A DNA stretch of 64,000 bases from Alphaproteobacteria bacterium (GTDB lineage: Bacteria; Pseudomonadota; Alphaproteobacteria; Micavibrionales; Micavibrionaceae), in assembly GCA_023150415.1 (NCBI GenBank), contig JAKLKY010000004.1, forward strand, positions 5,647 to 69,646. Reading direction: 5' to 3'. Under the pieces are notes generated by a model. That model ran no database searches. It was not told the origin of the DNA and was given only the letters and a program-made list of their open reading frames with translations. This document shows, in pieces, positions 18,000 through 28,232 of the stretch (position 1 is its first letter; each line of letters opens with the position of its first letter). Made by a program: the position numbers and the translations under genes.

Positions 18000-19628
18000 T
18001 CAACCACAACCGCCGCCGCAAGAACCGCCGCCACATCCGGTATGCTTTTTCCCAATCTCTTCATACTTGTCCCGTTCGAAAATCGTATTCACACGATTGC
18101 TTTTTGTGCTGCCGGACTGGCCACGTGACTGTTTAGGGTTTTCAAACAGATCAATCGCGCTGTTGCTGTGGTCAGAACAGCCATTACCGAAGCTGAAACC
18201 GCAACCACCGCTTTCGCCAAAGGCATCAAGGGTTTCTTCACGATGGCTTGTCGGGATCACGTAACGATCTTCGTAATTGGCAATCGCCATGATTTTATAC
18301 ATGTCTTCGACCAATTCCGGCGTCAGACCGACTTCTTCCAAAATGCCGGAGTTATCCTTGCCCTCAATCATCTTGCCGCGCATGTAATGGCGCATCGCCA
18401 TCATACGTTTAAGGCCAAGACGCACAGGCTCTACTTTACCGGCAGTCAGCATATTGGCCAGATATTTAACCGGAATACGCATATCATCCAGATCCGGCAT
18501 AATACCGTCTTTGGTGGCTATTTTCCCCTGCGCTGCCGCTGATTGAACAGGAGAAAGGGGCGGAATATACCAGACCATCGGCAAGGTGCGATATTCCGGG
18601 TGAAGCGGGAACGCCACTTTCCAGTCCATTACCATTTTATAAATAGGAGAGTTTTGTGCACCCTCAATCCAGTTCTCAGGAATACCTTGTTTACGCGCTT
18701 CCGCGATGATTTCCGGATCGTGTGGGTTCAGAAAAATGCCAAGCTGCGCCTCATATAAATCTTCTTCATTAGGAACGCTCGCCGCCTCTTCAATACGGTC
18801 AGCGTCATAAAGAATGACCCCAAGATAACGAATACGCCCGACACAGGTTTCGGAACAGACAGTTGGCTCACCATTTTCAAGACGTGGGTAACATAGCGTG
18901 CATTTCTCGGCCTTGCCGGATTTCCAGTTGTAATAAATTTTCTTGTAAGGACAGCCCGACACGCACATCCGCCACCCACGGCATTTGTCCTGATCTATTA
19001 GAACAACGCCATCTTCTTCACGTTTATAGATGGAGCCAGAAGGACAAGAAGCAACGCAAGTTGGATTAATGCAATGCTCACACAAGCGAGGCAAATACAT
19101 CATAAAGGTGTTTTCAAACTCGCCATACATTTCTTCTTCAATGTCTTTGAAATTATAATCTTTGCGGCGATGTTCGAATTCAGTCCCCAGAATTTCTTCC
19201 CAGTTTGGGCCCCATTCGATTTTTTCCATGCGCTGCCCTGTGACCAGCGAGCGCGGACGCGCTGTTGGCATAGTTTTCATCTCGGGTGCTTTTTGCAAAT
19301 GATCGTAATCAAATGTGAAAGGTTCGTAATAATCATCAATTTCCGGCATGCTCGGGTTACCGAAAATATTGGCGAGAATGCGCCAGCGGCTGCCCTGTTT
19401 GGGATGAATTTTGCCGTTGGCATGGCGTTTCCAGCCACCTTTCCATTTTTCCTGGTTTTCCCAATCTTTGGGGTATCCAACGCCCGGCTTGGTTTCAACA
19501 TTATTAAACCATGCATATTCAACCCCTTCGCGGGATGTCCAGACATTCTTGCAAGTGACGGAGCAGGTATGACAGCCGATACATTTATCGAGATTGAGCA
19601 CCATACCAATTTGTGCGCGTATTTTCAT
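18000..19628 (-). CDS. narH: Respiratory nitrate reductase beta subunit with a Cys/Gly-rich C-terminal extension
   Basis: Ferredoxin-type Cys clusters (CIGCHTCSVTCK, CEHCINPTCVASCPSG, CRGWRMCVSGCPY). Extra ~45-aa tail ends HTGCGGGSCGGGCG. Confidence 0.95.
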   Translation of the reverse strand: MKIRAQIGMVLNLDKCIGCHTCSVTCKNVWTSREGVEYAWFNNVETKPGVGYPKDWENQEKWKGGWKRHANGKIHPKQGSRWRILANIFGNPSMPEIDDYYEPFTFDYDHLQKAPEMKTMPTARPRSLVTGQRMEKIEWGPNWEEILGTEFEHRRKDYNFKDIEEEMYGEFENTFMMYLPRLCEHCINPTCVASCPSGSIYKREEDGVVLIDQDKCRGWRMCVSGCPYKKIYYNWKSGKAEKCTLCYPRLENGEPTVCSETCVGRIRYLGVILYDADRIEEAASVPNEEDLYEAQLGIFLNPHDPEIIAEARKQGIPENWIEGAQNSPIYKMVMDWKVAFPLHPEYRTLPMVWYIPPLSPVQSAAAQGKIATKDGIMPDLDDMRIPVKYLANMLTAGKVEPVRLGLKRMMAMRHYMRGKMIEGKDNSGILEEVGLTPELVEDMYKIMAIANYEDRYVIPTSHREETLDAFGESGGCGFSFGNGCSDHSNSAIDLFENPKQSRGQSGSTKSNRVNTIFERDKYEEIGKKHTGCGGGSCGGGCG

Positions 19629-22600
19629 TATTCTGCTGCCTCCACTTGAGCCGGTTCATCCATCCAGTCCACCTTGTCCATTTTACGGACAATAACGAAT
19701 TCATCGCGGTTGGAGCCAACGGTTCCGTAATAATTAAATCCGTAAGAAAGCTGGGCATACGCGCCGATCATATGTGTTGGTTTGATCGTTGCCCGCGTGA
19801 CGGAGTTGTGAATACCGCCGCGTGCATTGGTAATTTTACTGCCCGGCGTATGCACCAGTTTTTCCTGCGCGTGATACATGAGCATCATGCCTTCATTGAC
19901 ACGCTGGGATACAACCGCCCGTGCAACGATTGCGCCGTTCGTATTGAAGACTTCCAGCCAGTCATTGTCTTTAATGCCGATTTTATTGGCATCGACCTCA
20001 CTGACCCAGACAATCGGCCCGCCGCGAGAAAGCGTCAGCATGTGCAGATTATCTGTATAGGTGGAGTGAATCCCCCATTTCTGGTGCGGCGTAATGAAGT
20101 TAAGCAGGATCGTTGGCGATTCCTCCCCATGCTTGTCCAGCATATTCTGGACAGTGCGTGTATTGATTGGCGGACGATAGGAAACCAGCGCCTCGCCAAA
20201 ATCAACCATCCATGGATGATCCTGATAAAGCTGCTGACGGCCTGTCAGCGTACGCCATGGAATAAATTCATGCACGTTTGTATAGTTAGCGGTGTAGGAT
20301 ACATGCTCTGATTCAAGACCGCTCCATGTGGGGGAGCTGATAATCTTGCGCGGCTGCGCCTGAATATCGCGGAAGCGAATTTTCTCCTCTTGCTTGGGCA
20401 AGGCCAGATGCGTGTGATCGCGTCCTGTAATTTTACTCAAGGCACTCCAGGCCTTAACCGCTACTTCACCGTTGGTTTCTGGCGCCAGCGATAAAACCAT
20501 CTCACATGCGTCGATATCCGTATCAATTTTGGCGCGCCCCTCTTTGTTCTCGCCGTTGAGCTTTTTCAGAAAATCCACTTCATGATCAGTGTTCCAGCCA
20601 ATCCCTTTGCCGCCATTGCCCAGTTTTTCCAGCAAAGGACCAAGCGATGTAAAGCGATCAAATGTGGCCGGATAATCGCGCTCGACGACTTTCATGCTGG
20701 GCGCAGTTTTACCCGGGATCAAGTCACATTCACCTTTGCGCCATTCTTTCACATCAGGCTGGGCAAGTTCGCCCGGCGTATCGTGCTGGATCGGGTTAAG
20801 AACAATTTCCTTCTCAACGCCCAGATGCCCTTCGCAAAGTTCAGAAAATTTCTTGGCAAAGCCTTTATAAATTTCCCAGTCTGATTTGCTTTGCCAGACC
20901 GGATCAATCGCCTTGGATAGTGGGTGGATGAATGGATGCATATCAGACGTATTGAGATCGTTTTTCTCATACCAACTCGCCGTTGGCAGAACAATATCCG
21001 AATAGACACAGGTCGTGGACATACGGAAATCAAGCGTGACCACCAGATCCAGCTTACCTTCCGGCGCTTCGCCATGCCAGACAACTTCGCTGCATTTTCC
21101 GGGACCTTCATCACCCAGATCCTTGCCTTGAACGCCGTGTTGTGTGCCAAGGAAATGTTTGAGGAAATATTCATGACCCTTACCGGAAGAGCCCAGAATA
21201 TTGGAGCGCCAGACAAACATGTTGCGTGGCCAGTTTTTCGGATTATCCGGATCTTCGCAGGACATGCGCAGATCACCGGATTTCAAACGATCCACGACGT
21301 AGTCAACAGGATCAACCTTTTTGTTCTCAGCCTGTTTTACCAGATCAATCGGGTTTTCTTCGAGTTGCGGCGCGGACGGTAGCCAGCCCATCCGCTCGGC
21401 GCGGATATTGCAATCAATCAGCGAACCTTTCCATTTTTCTTTATCCGCAAGGGGGGAAAGAACTTCGTCAACGTCCAGTGTTTCATAACGCCATTGATCC
21501 GTATGAGCATAGAAGAACGATGTTGAGTTTTGCTGGCGCGGCGGGCGTACCCAATCAAGGGCAAAAGCAAGCGGTGTCCAGCCTGTCTGCGGACGCAGTT
21601 TTTCCTGCCCGACATAATGTGACCATCCGCCGCCGGATTGACCGATACAACCACAGAAAGCCAGCATATTGATGGCCGCGCGGTAATTCATATCCATGTG
21701 ATACCAGTGGTTCATCGCTGCCCCGATGATGATCATCGACTTACCCTTGGTGATATGGGCGTTGTTGGCGAATTCTCTTGCAACCTGAATGACTTTTTCT
21801 ACCGGAACGCCAGTGATGCTTTCCTGCCATTTGGGAGTATAGGGGATATTATCTTCATAGCCGGAAGCCACATTATCACCGCCAAGGCCTTCACGGGAGA
21901 TACCATAATTGGCGCAAAGCAGGTCAAACACGCAGGCTACAGCCACTTTCTCGCCGTTCAGATCCAGATATTTGACCGGAATGTTGCGATCCAGAACATC
22001 TTCACCGGCGGAGGGTTCGAAATATCCGGTTTCATGGGTCTGACCGCCAAAATACGGGAAACCGACTTTGAGCACATCATCATGATCACCAAGCAAAGTT
22101 TTGCGTGGGCGAATATTCTCTCCTGTTTTGGAATCGGTCGGAACAATGTTCCATTTTCCTTCCTCACCCCAGCGGAAGCCAATAGAGCCTGTCGGAACGG
22201 TAATGTTACCGGTTTCTTCATCGAAACAGACAGTTTTCCATTCAGGATTATTATCTTCATCGAGATTGCCCTTGAAATCAGAGGCTCTCACCATGCGCCC
22301 GGGAACAAAACGGTCGCCCTGTTTGTCAAGTTTCACCAGAAACGGCATATCGGTATAGGAACGGCAATAATCATCGAAATATTCCGAAGGGTTATCGATA
22401 TGAAACTCTTTCAGGATCACATGCCCCATAGCCATGCCAAGGGCGGCGTCTGTTCCCTGACGCGGATTAAGCCAGATATCACCGAATTTCGAGGCTTCTG
22501 AATAATCCGGTGTGATCGTGACAATTTGCGTCCCCTTGTAACGCGCCTCAGTCATGAAGTGGGCGTCGGGTGTACGGGTTTGCGGGACATTTGATCCCCA

Positions 22601-23359
22601 CATGATAATAAAGCCGGAATTATACCAATCCGCACTTTCCGGTACGTCGGTTTGCTCCCCCCATGTCTGCGGACTTGCAGGAGGCAGGTCGCAATACCAG
22701 TCATAAAAGCTCATGCATACGCCGCCAATCAGGGACAAGTATCGTGCGCCGGCAGCGTAGGAAATCATCGACATGGCAGGGATGGGGGAAAAGCCGATCA
22801 CCCGATCAGGACCATGTTCTTTAATTGTATAAATATTGGCCGCAGCGACAATTTCGTTTGCTTCATCCCATCCGGCACGGACAAAGCCGCCCTGGCCGCG
22901 CACCTTTTGATAGGACTGGCGTAAAACTGGATCGGCCTGAATGGTTTTCCATGCCTCAACCGGATCCCCACCAACTTGCTTCTTTGTACGGCGCCATAGC
23001 TCTAACAGCCTTTTACGCACCATCGGATATTTCAAACGGTTGGCGGAATAAATATACCAGCTATAGCTTGCCCCTCTGGAACAGCCGCGCGGCTCATGAT
23101 TGGGAAGGTCAGGGCGTGTGCGCGGATAATCCGTTTGCTGCGTTTCCCATGTGATAAGGCCGTTCTTCACATAGATTTTCCAGGAGCAGGAACCGGTGCA
23201 GTTTACACCATGCGTCGAGCGAACAATCTTGTCATGCGACCAGCGATCCCGATACGCCTTTTCCCAGGCTCTGTTTTCTTCCGTCGTCACGCCATGACCG
23301 TTTGAGAATTTCTCTCGGTTCTGGGCGAAATAACTGATGCGGTCGATAAAATAGCTCAT
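19628..23359 (-). CDS. narG: Respiratory nitrate reductase alpha subunit
   Basis: 1243 aa with N-terminal HGVNCTGSCSWKIYVK (FS0 cluster motif) and a molybdopterin oxidoreductase body. Confidence 0.97.
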   Translation of the reverse strand: MSYFIDRISYFAQNREKFSNGHGVTTEENRAWEKAYRDRWSHDKIVRSTHGVNCTGSCSWKIYVKNGLITWETQQTDYPRTRPDLPNHEPRGCSRGASYSWYIYSANRLKYPMVRKRLLELWRRTKKQVGGDPVEAWKTIQADPVLRQSYQKVRGQGGFVRAGWDEANEIVAAANIYTIKEHGPDRVIGFSPIPAMSMISYAAGARYLSLIGGVCMSFYDWYCDLPPASPQTWGEQTDVPESADWYNSGFIIMWGSNVPQTRTPDAHFMTEARYKGTQIVTITPDYSEASKFGDIWLNPRQGTDAALGMAMGHVILKEFHIDNPSEYFDDYCRSYTDMPFLVKLDKQGDRFVPGRMVRASDFKGNLDEDNNPEWKTVCFDEETGNITVPTGSIGFRWGEEGKWNIVPTDSKTGENIRPRKTLLGDHDDVLKVGFPYFGGQTHETGYFEPSAGEDVLDRNIPVKYLDLNGEKVAVACVFDLLCANYGISREGLGGDNVASGYEDNIPYTPKWQESITGVPVEKVIQVAREFANNAHITKGKSMIIIGAAMNHWYHMDMNYRAAINMLAFCGCIGQSGGGWSHYVGQEKLRPQTGWTPLAFALDWVRPPRQQNSTSFFYAHTDQWRYETLDVDEVLSPLADKEKWKGSLIDCNIRAERMGWLPSAPQLEENPIDLVKQAENKKVDPVDYVVDRLKSGDLRMSCEDPDNPKNWPRNMFVWRSNILGSSGKGHEYFLKHFLGTQHGVQGKDLGDEGPGKCSEVVWHGEAPEGKLDLVVTLDFRMSTTCVYSDIVLPTASWYEKNDLNTSDMHPFIHPLSKAIDPVWQSKSDWEIYKGFAKKFSELCEGHLGVEKEIVLNPIQHDTPGELAQPDVKEWRKGECDLIPGKTAPSMKVVERDYPATFDRFTSLGPLLEKLGNGGKGIGWNTDHEVDFLKKLNGENKEGRAKIDTDIDACEMVLSLAPETNGEVAVKAWSALSKITGRDHTHLALPKQEEKIRFRDIQAQPRKIISSPTWSGLESEHVSYTANYTNVHEFIPWRTLTGRQQLYQDHPWMVDFGEALVSYRPPINTRTVQNMLDKHGEESPTILLNFITPHQKWGIHSTYTDNLHMLTLSRGGPIVWVSEVDANKIGIKDNDWLEVFNTNGAIVARAVVSQRVNEGMMLMYHAQEKLVHTPGSKITNARGGIHNSVTRATIKPTHMIGAYAQLSYGFNYYGTVGSNRDEFVIVRKMDKVDWMDEPAQVEAAE

Positions 23360-23423
23360 CGCTATGACTCCTTAAGATTCTTTATCTTTCTTTTTAGTTT
23401 TAACGGTTTTGCAACAGCGTCCC

Positions 23424-23437
23424 TTGATTCAGATCAA
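23424..23437. promoter_or_regulatory. FNR-type box TTGATTCAGATCAA
   Basis: Perfect palindrome between narK stop (23451) and narG ATG (23359), centred 71.5 bp from narG ATG. Confidence 0.7.
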
Positions 23438-23450
23438 GAGGCCTATTTAT

Positions 23451-26090
23451 TCAGCATTTTATTTCCGCATTTTTTCTGATGTAGAAATACCAGGTTAAAT
23501 ACAGGCACAAAGCATAGAACCCTGCGAAAACAAGCAAGGCCGCATCCGGCGCTCCCGTCAAAGAAATGGACGTGCCGTAGCTTTTGGGAATAAAGAACGC
23601 GCCGAATGCACCGATAGCGGAGCTAAAGCCGATAACGGCTGCGGATTCTCTTTCTGCCGTCTTGCGGATGTCTTCTTCTGGCTGACCTTTCAGGGCTTTT
23701 TTCCTGTCCTGCCAGAAAATGGATGGGATCATCTGGAAGGTAGAGGCGTTCCCTACGCCTGTCGTAATGAACAGGGCAAGGAACATGCCGAAAAATCCGT
23801 AGAATGCCATGGGATGATCCTTGATGGTCAGGAAGTAATACACCCCGAGCGCACCAACAATCATGGCAACAAAGACCCAAAGCGTAACGCGACCGCCGCC
23901 GAATTTATCGGAAATCCATCCACTCCCCGCACGGGACAGCGCGCCAAGCAGCGGGCCAATAAAAGCAAGCTGAAGAGAGTTCACCTCCGGAAATTGTGAC
24001 TTCGCCAGCAAGGGGAACCCTGCAGAAAATCCAATAAAGGAGCCGAATGTTCCAATATAAAGAACGCACATAATCCAGTTGTGTTTCCGCTGGAAGATAG
24101 CCATCTGGCTGGAAAACGACGCTTTGGCATCCGCAATATCATTCATGAAGAACCATGACAGGATTGCGGAAGCGGCAATAAATGGAATCCATATATAAGC
24201 GGCATTTTGAATCCAAAGGCTTGTGCCATCTGCCAATTGCGGAGCACCGCCGACGGCGCCGAACAGGCCAACCGTAATCACCAGCGGTACAAGGAACTGA
24301 ACGGCACTAACCCCCAGATTACCAAGGCCAGCGTTCAAAGCCAGAGCATTGCCTTTTTCTTTTTTAGGGAAGAAATAGGCAATATTCGCCATACTGGAAG
24401 CGAAGTTCCCGCCTCCAAAACCACAGAGCAAAGCCAAAATCAGAAAAACCGAATAAGGAGTAGAAGGATCCTGCACCGCTATACCGATGCCAAATGCCGG
24501 TATAAGAAGTGAAGCTGTGCTTAAGGATGTCCAGCGACGGCCACCGAAAACAGGCACCATAAAAGCATAGAAAATTCGTAAAGTTGCACCTGATAGTCCG
24601 GGCAGAGCCGTAAGCCAGAATAGCTGTTCTGTCGTAAAATCAAAACCCACCTTGGAAAGGTTCACAACAACGACACTCCATACCATCCACAGCGCAAAGG
24701 CCAAGAATAAAGCCGGAACGGAAAGCCAGAGATTGCGGCGGGCAATCCTTTGTCCTTCTGAGCGCCAGAAGCTGTCCTCTTCGGGCTTCCAGACTTTCAA
24801 AACATGTTTCTTCTCCATCTCGGTGAAAAAGGCAGGTTTTGTCAGCTCTGGGTAACGTGCTCGCTCCATTAGGCGGATAGAGACGTGCATCCACAGGAAT
24901 GCAATTGTAACCAATACGAAAAGCAACATAAAACAGCTTGTCCAGACGTTGAGATAATCATTCATCAGACCAAAGCTCAAAGGAAGAAAGAAGCCGCCAA
25001 GACCGCCAATCAGGCCAACAATACCGGCAACCGATCCAACATCATTCGGGTAATAGACAGGAATATGTTTATAGATTGCGGCCTTGCCCAGAGACATAAA
25101 GAAACCAAGAACAAATACAATCACTGTGAATGGGATAAAACCCCAGCCAAAACTGAATTCTATATTTCCATCAATTCCATGAACGACATAATCGGTTTGC
25201 GGATAAGCCAACAGAAAACAGCAAATAGCACTCACAAGAAACGTCCAATACATGACCGAGCGCGCGCCATATTTATCAGACAAGTACCCGCCTACGGCGC
25301 GGAACAATGAGGCCGCTATAGAAAAAGAAGCAGCCAGCATCCCTGCCGATTTAATATCCAGATCATAAACGCCAACATAATAGCGCGGCAGCCATAGTGC
25401 CAATGCAACGAAGCCGCCAAACACAAAAAAGTAGTAAAGAGAGAAACGCCAGACTTGCAGTTTCTTGAGAGGTTTAAGAGACTCCCACATCGATTTCGGG
25501 GCGGTCTTTGCAGCCCTTTGTTGCTGAATTTGAGGCTCATCCTTGGTAAAGAACCAGAATAGCAGTGCGATGACGACCAATGATAGCGCCCAGACTTGCG
25601 CAACCATATGCCAACCGTAGGAAACCATGACAAAGGGCGCTATAAATTTGGTTACTGCCGCACCGATATTGCCCATGCCATAGACACCCAACGCAGTCCC
25701 CTGACGTTCCTTGCCGTACCATTTCGAGAGATAGGCAATGCCGACCACGAAACTTCCCCCCGCCACGCCCACACCCAATGCCGTCAGCAGTAACATTTCA
25801 TAAGTATCCGCATAAGTCAGACACCATGTGAAAAAGGCTGATGACAGCATAACCGCCATAAAAATCGGGCGCCCCCCATACTGATCGGCCCAGATACCAA
25901 AAAAGAGTCTTACCAAAGAGCCAGTCAGGATCGGCGTCCCGATCAGCAGACTGAATTGCGTGTCTGTCAGCCCCATATCCTGTTGTATCTGGACACCGAT
26001 AATTGAAAATATCGTCCACACGGCAAAACACAGGGTGAATGCCACCGTACTCAAACTAAGGGCTCTGGTTTGATCTGTCTTGGTAATCAT
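23451..26090 (-). CDS. narK: Fused tandem NarK1-NarK2 nitrate/nitrite transporter (two MFS domains)
   Basis: 879 aa with two complete 12-TM MFS halves joined by a hydrophilic linker (...ELTKPAFFTEMEKKHVLKVWKPEEDSFW...), upstream of narG. Confidence 0.9.
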   Translation of the reverse strand: MITKTDQTRALSLSTVAFTLCFAVWTIFSIIGVQIQQDMGLTDTQFSLLIGTPILTGSLVRLFFGIWADQYGGRPIFMAVMLSSAFFTWCLTYADTYEMLLLTALGVGVAGGSFVVGIAYLSKWYGKERQGTALGVYGMGNIGAAVTKFIAPFVMVSYGWHMVAQVWALSLVVIALLFWFFTKDEPQIQQQRAAKTAPKSMWESLKPLKKLQVWRFSLYYFFVFGGFVALALWLPRYYVGVYDLDIKSAGMLAASFSIAASLFRAVGGYLSDKYGARSVMYWTFLVSAICCFLLAYPQTDYVVHGIDGNIEFSFGWGFIPFTVIVFVLGFFMSLGKAAIYKHIPVYYPNDVGSVAGIVGLIGGLGGFFLPLSFGLMNDYLNVWTSCFMLLFVLVTIAFLWMHVSIRLMERARYPELTKPAFFTEMEKKHVLKVWKPEEDSFWRSEGQRIARRNLWLSVPALFLAFALWMVWSVVVVNLSKVGFDFTTEQLFWLTALPGLSGATLRIFYAFMVPVFGGRRWTSLSTASLLIPAFGIGIAVQDPSTPYSVFLILALLCGFGGGNFASSMANIAYFFPKKEKGNALALNAGLGNLGVSAVQFLVPLVITVGLFGAVGGAPQLADGTSLWIQNAAYIWIPFIAASAILSWFFMNDIADAKASFSSQMAIFQRKHNWIMCVLYIGTFGSFIGFSAGFPLLAKSQFPEVNSLQLAFIGPLLGALSRAGSGWISDKFGGGRVTLWVFVAMIVGALGVYYFLTIKDHPMAFYGFFGMFLALFITTGVGNASTFQMIPSIFWQDRKKALKGQPEEDIRKTAERESAAVIGFSSAIGAFGAFFIPKSYGTSISLTGAPDAALLVFAGFYALCLYLTWYFYIRKNAEIKC

Positions 26091-26195
26091 AGGGCTAGCT
26101 CCGCCAACATATTCAGATAATTTACATTTTCAACGAAAGAGAGTTTATTTTCTCATCCATTTTCTTTAGTATTGCATGTGCGAATTTGACCGGAC

Positions 26196-26209
26196 TTGAT
26201 TCAGATCAA
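26196..26209. promoter_or_regulatory. FNR-type box TTGATTCAGATCAA
   Basis: Perfect palindrome in the narK / fnr-like divergent gap, 112 bp from narK ATG and 43.5 bp from the regulator ATG (26246). Confidence 0.7.
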
Positions 26210-26245
26210 GATGCTGTCAACAAAGAACAATGATTGGTAATAAAG

Positions 26246-26986
26246 ATGCAGTTGCCTGCAAATTTTAATGAACAAAAAAAGCCGCAGCTTTTTGAGGGAT
26301 TATCCGAAAACAGTCTTCAGACGTTACTTCAACGTTCTGTCATGCACGATTATGACAGTGGCAAAGTTCTTGTGCAGCAGGGCGATAGTCCGGAATGTAT
26401 TTTTCTTGTGCTGGACGGATCGTTAAAAACAACCCGCATAAACGAAGATGGCGGCGAAGCCATAATACGCATGCTTGAAGCTGGCGACACATGTATGGAA
26501 GCCGTTCTTTTTATGGGGATTCCTTCGCCGATCAACGTGCAAGCCATGAGCGCCGCCAAAATTCTTAAAATTCCGGATTCAGTTGTCAAAAAACATGTTC
26601 TTGAGGATCCTGCTTTTGCCGTTAATCTTTTGCGTATTGTCTCGCGCCATTATAAAAATGCTATGCATCAGATTGAAGCTATGAATATTAAATCACCGCT
26701 GCAGCGCGTGGGGTACTATTTTCTGCTCAAGCATATTGAACAAGGGCACGAAAATCTGGACTTTAAACTTCCCTTTAAAAAACAGGTCGTAGCGAATTAT
26801 TTAGGCATGACGCCAGAAACCTTCTCCAGAACACTCAAGCAAATGAAAGATATCGGCATCAAAGTGGAAGAAGATACAATCAGAATGCGGGATTCATTTG
26901 CGCTCTGCCATTTCTGTGATTCTGATACCGCTTCTTTATGCTCAAGGCACGATCAGCCCGAATGTGAAAAATGCCCGCTGCACTAA
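26246..26986 (+). CDS. Crp/Fnr family regulator with a C-terminal Cys cluster
   Basis: cNMP-type barrel, HTH with ETFSR, and tail FALCHFCDSDTASLCSRHDQPECEKCPLH (C-x2-C-x7-C-x8-C-x2-C). ATG 26246 preferred over TTG 26234. Confidence 0.8.
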   Translation: MQLPANFNEQKKPQLFEGLSENSLQTLLQRSVMHDYDSGKVLVQQGDSPECIFLVLDGSLKTTRINEDGGEAIIRMLEAGDTCMEAVLFMGIPSPINVQAMSAAKILKIPDSVVKKHVLEDPAFAVNLLRIVSRHYKNAMHQIEAMNIKSPLQRVGYYFLLKHIEQGHENLDFKLPFKKQVVANYLGMTPETFSRTLKQMKDIGIKVEEDTIRMRDSFALCHFCDSDTASLCSRHDQPECEKCPLH

Positions 26987-26999
26987 AACTTCCTCATAT

Positions 27000-28232
27000 T
27001 CAAGTGCGGGGCAGCAACGGATAAAACTCCACCACTTCACCGGGCTTGATGATTTCCAAGGCTTCAGGAACATGCAACCAGCAGTTCATGTTCAAAAACG
27101 GATTGACCATAAAGGAAGCCTGACCGTCCAGAATATCTACACTGCGCGTTCCATCTTCCCAGCTTTCGCTTTTACCCTTTAAAATCATATGCAGCCCTGA
27201 TTTTTTAACAAACTTTGTCATAGCGCGCGCATGCAGCGGTTTTTCTGGTTCCTGCCCCATCATCGCGCGCAAAGCCGAAACAACAAAAAAGCGTAGTCCC
27301 ACTGCGCTCGCAACCGGATTTCCGGGCAGCCCGAAATAAAATGCTCCGTTGGGTAGAATTGCAAATAAATTGGGCTTCCCCGGTTTGAGCTTTACCTTGT
27401 GAAAGATGATGTCAGCACCTATTTTTTCCAGCCCCTCTTTTACAAAATCAAATTCACCGGCTGAAACCGCGCCGCTGGAAATAATGATATCGCATTTTTC
27501 GCTCATCAAATTTTTTAGCTCTTTACAAAAAACTTCCAGATCATCTCGCACCGTCTCGCAAGGCAATACATCACACCCCAATGCCTCCAGCATGGCCAGC
27601 GCATAGGGACGGTTTGAATTATAAATCTGGCCTGATTCCAGAGGAGTCGATAAGTCATCAACAATCTCCCGTCCGGTTGCCATGAAAGCTACTTTTGGTT
27701 TTTTAAAGACACGTAGCTGGGAAACACCCAATGTCGCTAAGGGCAATATATGCGCAACCCCCAACGTATCACCGGTTTTCAAGATTTCATCGCCTTTCTG
27801 GAAATCCTCCCCGGCCCGGCGAATATTCGCCATAAGCTTTGGAACAGATTTAAACGTGATTTTTTGATCCTGCACATCGACATTTTCAATAGGCACCACA
27901 GCATCCGTGCCTTTCGGAACAGGCGCGCCCGTCATAATATGAATACATTTTTCAGCCCTCAGCGCCTCTTCAGGCACAGGATCGCCCGCCGCGATAACGC
28001 CGGATTTTTCAAGAACAACCGGAGCTTCCTCACTCGCGCCCTCCAGATCGCACATGCGAACGGCAAAGCCATCCATCGCAGAATTATCAAAAGGCTGGAT
28101 ACTTAGCGGCGCCAGCACATCTTCTGCACAGACACGCCCCACAGCCTCATGCAGCGCAATTACCTCTGTATCCAGACGATATGTGCTTGCCCGTTCCCGA
28201 ATAATTCTCTGTGCAGTTTCAAAAGAAATCAT
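27000..28232 (-). CDS. moeA: Molybdopterin molybdenumtransferase MoeA
   Basis: SFETAQRII...QPFDNSAMDGFAV...IISSGAVSAGEFDFVKE...LPGNPVASAV. Start at MISFETAQ (28232) by analogy with MoeA N-termini. Confidence 0.85.
   Translation of the reverse strand: MISFETAQRIIRERASTYRLDTEVIALHEAVGRVCAEDVLAPLSIQPFDNSAMDGFAVRMCDLEGASEEAPVVLEKSGVIAAGDPVPEEALRAEKCIHIMTGAPVPKGTDAVVPIENVDVQDQKITFKSVPKLMANIRRAGEDFQKGDEILKTGDTLGVAHILPLATLGVSQLRVFKKPKVAFMATGREIVDDLSTPLESGQIYNSNRPYALAMLEALGCDVLPCETVRDDLEVFCKELKNLMSEKCDIIISSGAVSAGEFDFVKEGLEKIGADIIFHKVKLKPGKPNLFAILPNGAFYFGLPGNPVASAVGLRFFVVSALRAMMGQEPEKPLHARAMTKFVKKSGLHMILKGKSESWEDGTRSVDILDGQASFMVNPFLNMNCWLHVPEALEIIKPGEVVEFYPLLPRT

Noticed and set aside
21638-22501. 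287-aa ORF, along with many other 60-230-aa ORFs, antisense within narG and narH.
   Set aside because: narG and narH are unambiguous. The antisense ORFs have no motifs or RBS and overlap each other.
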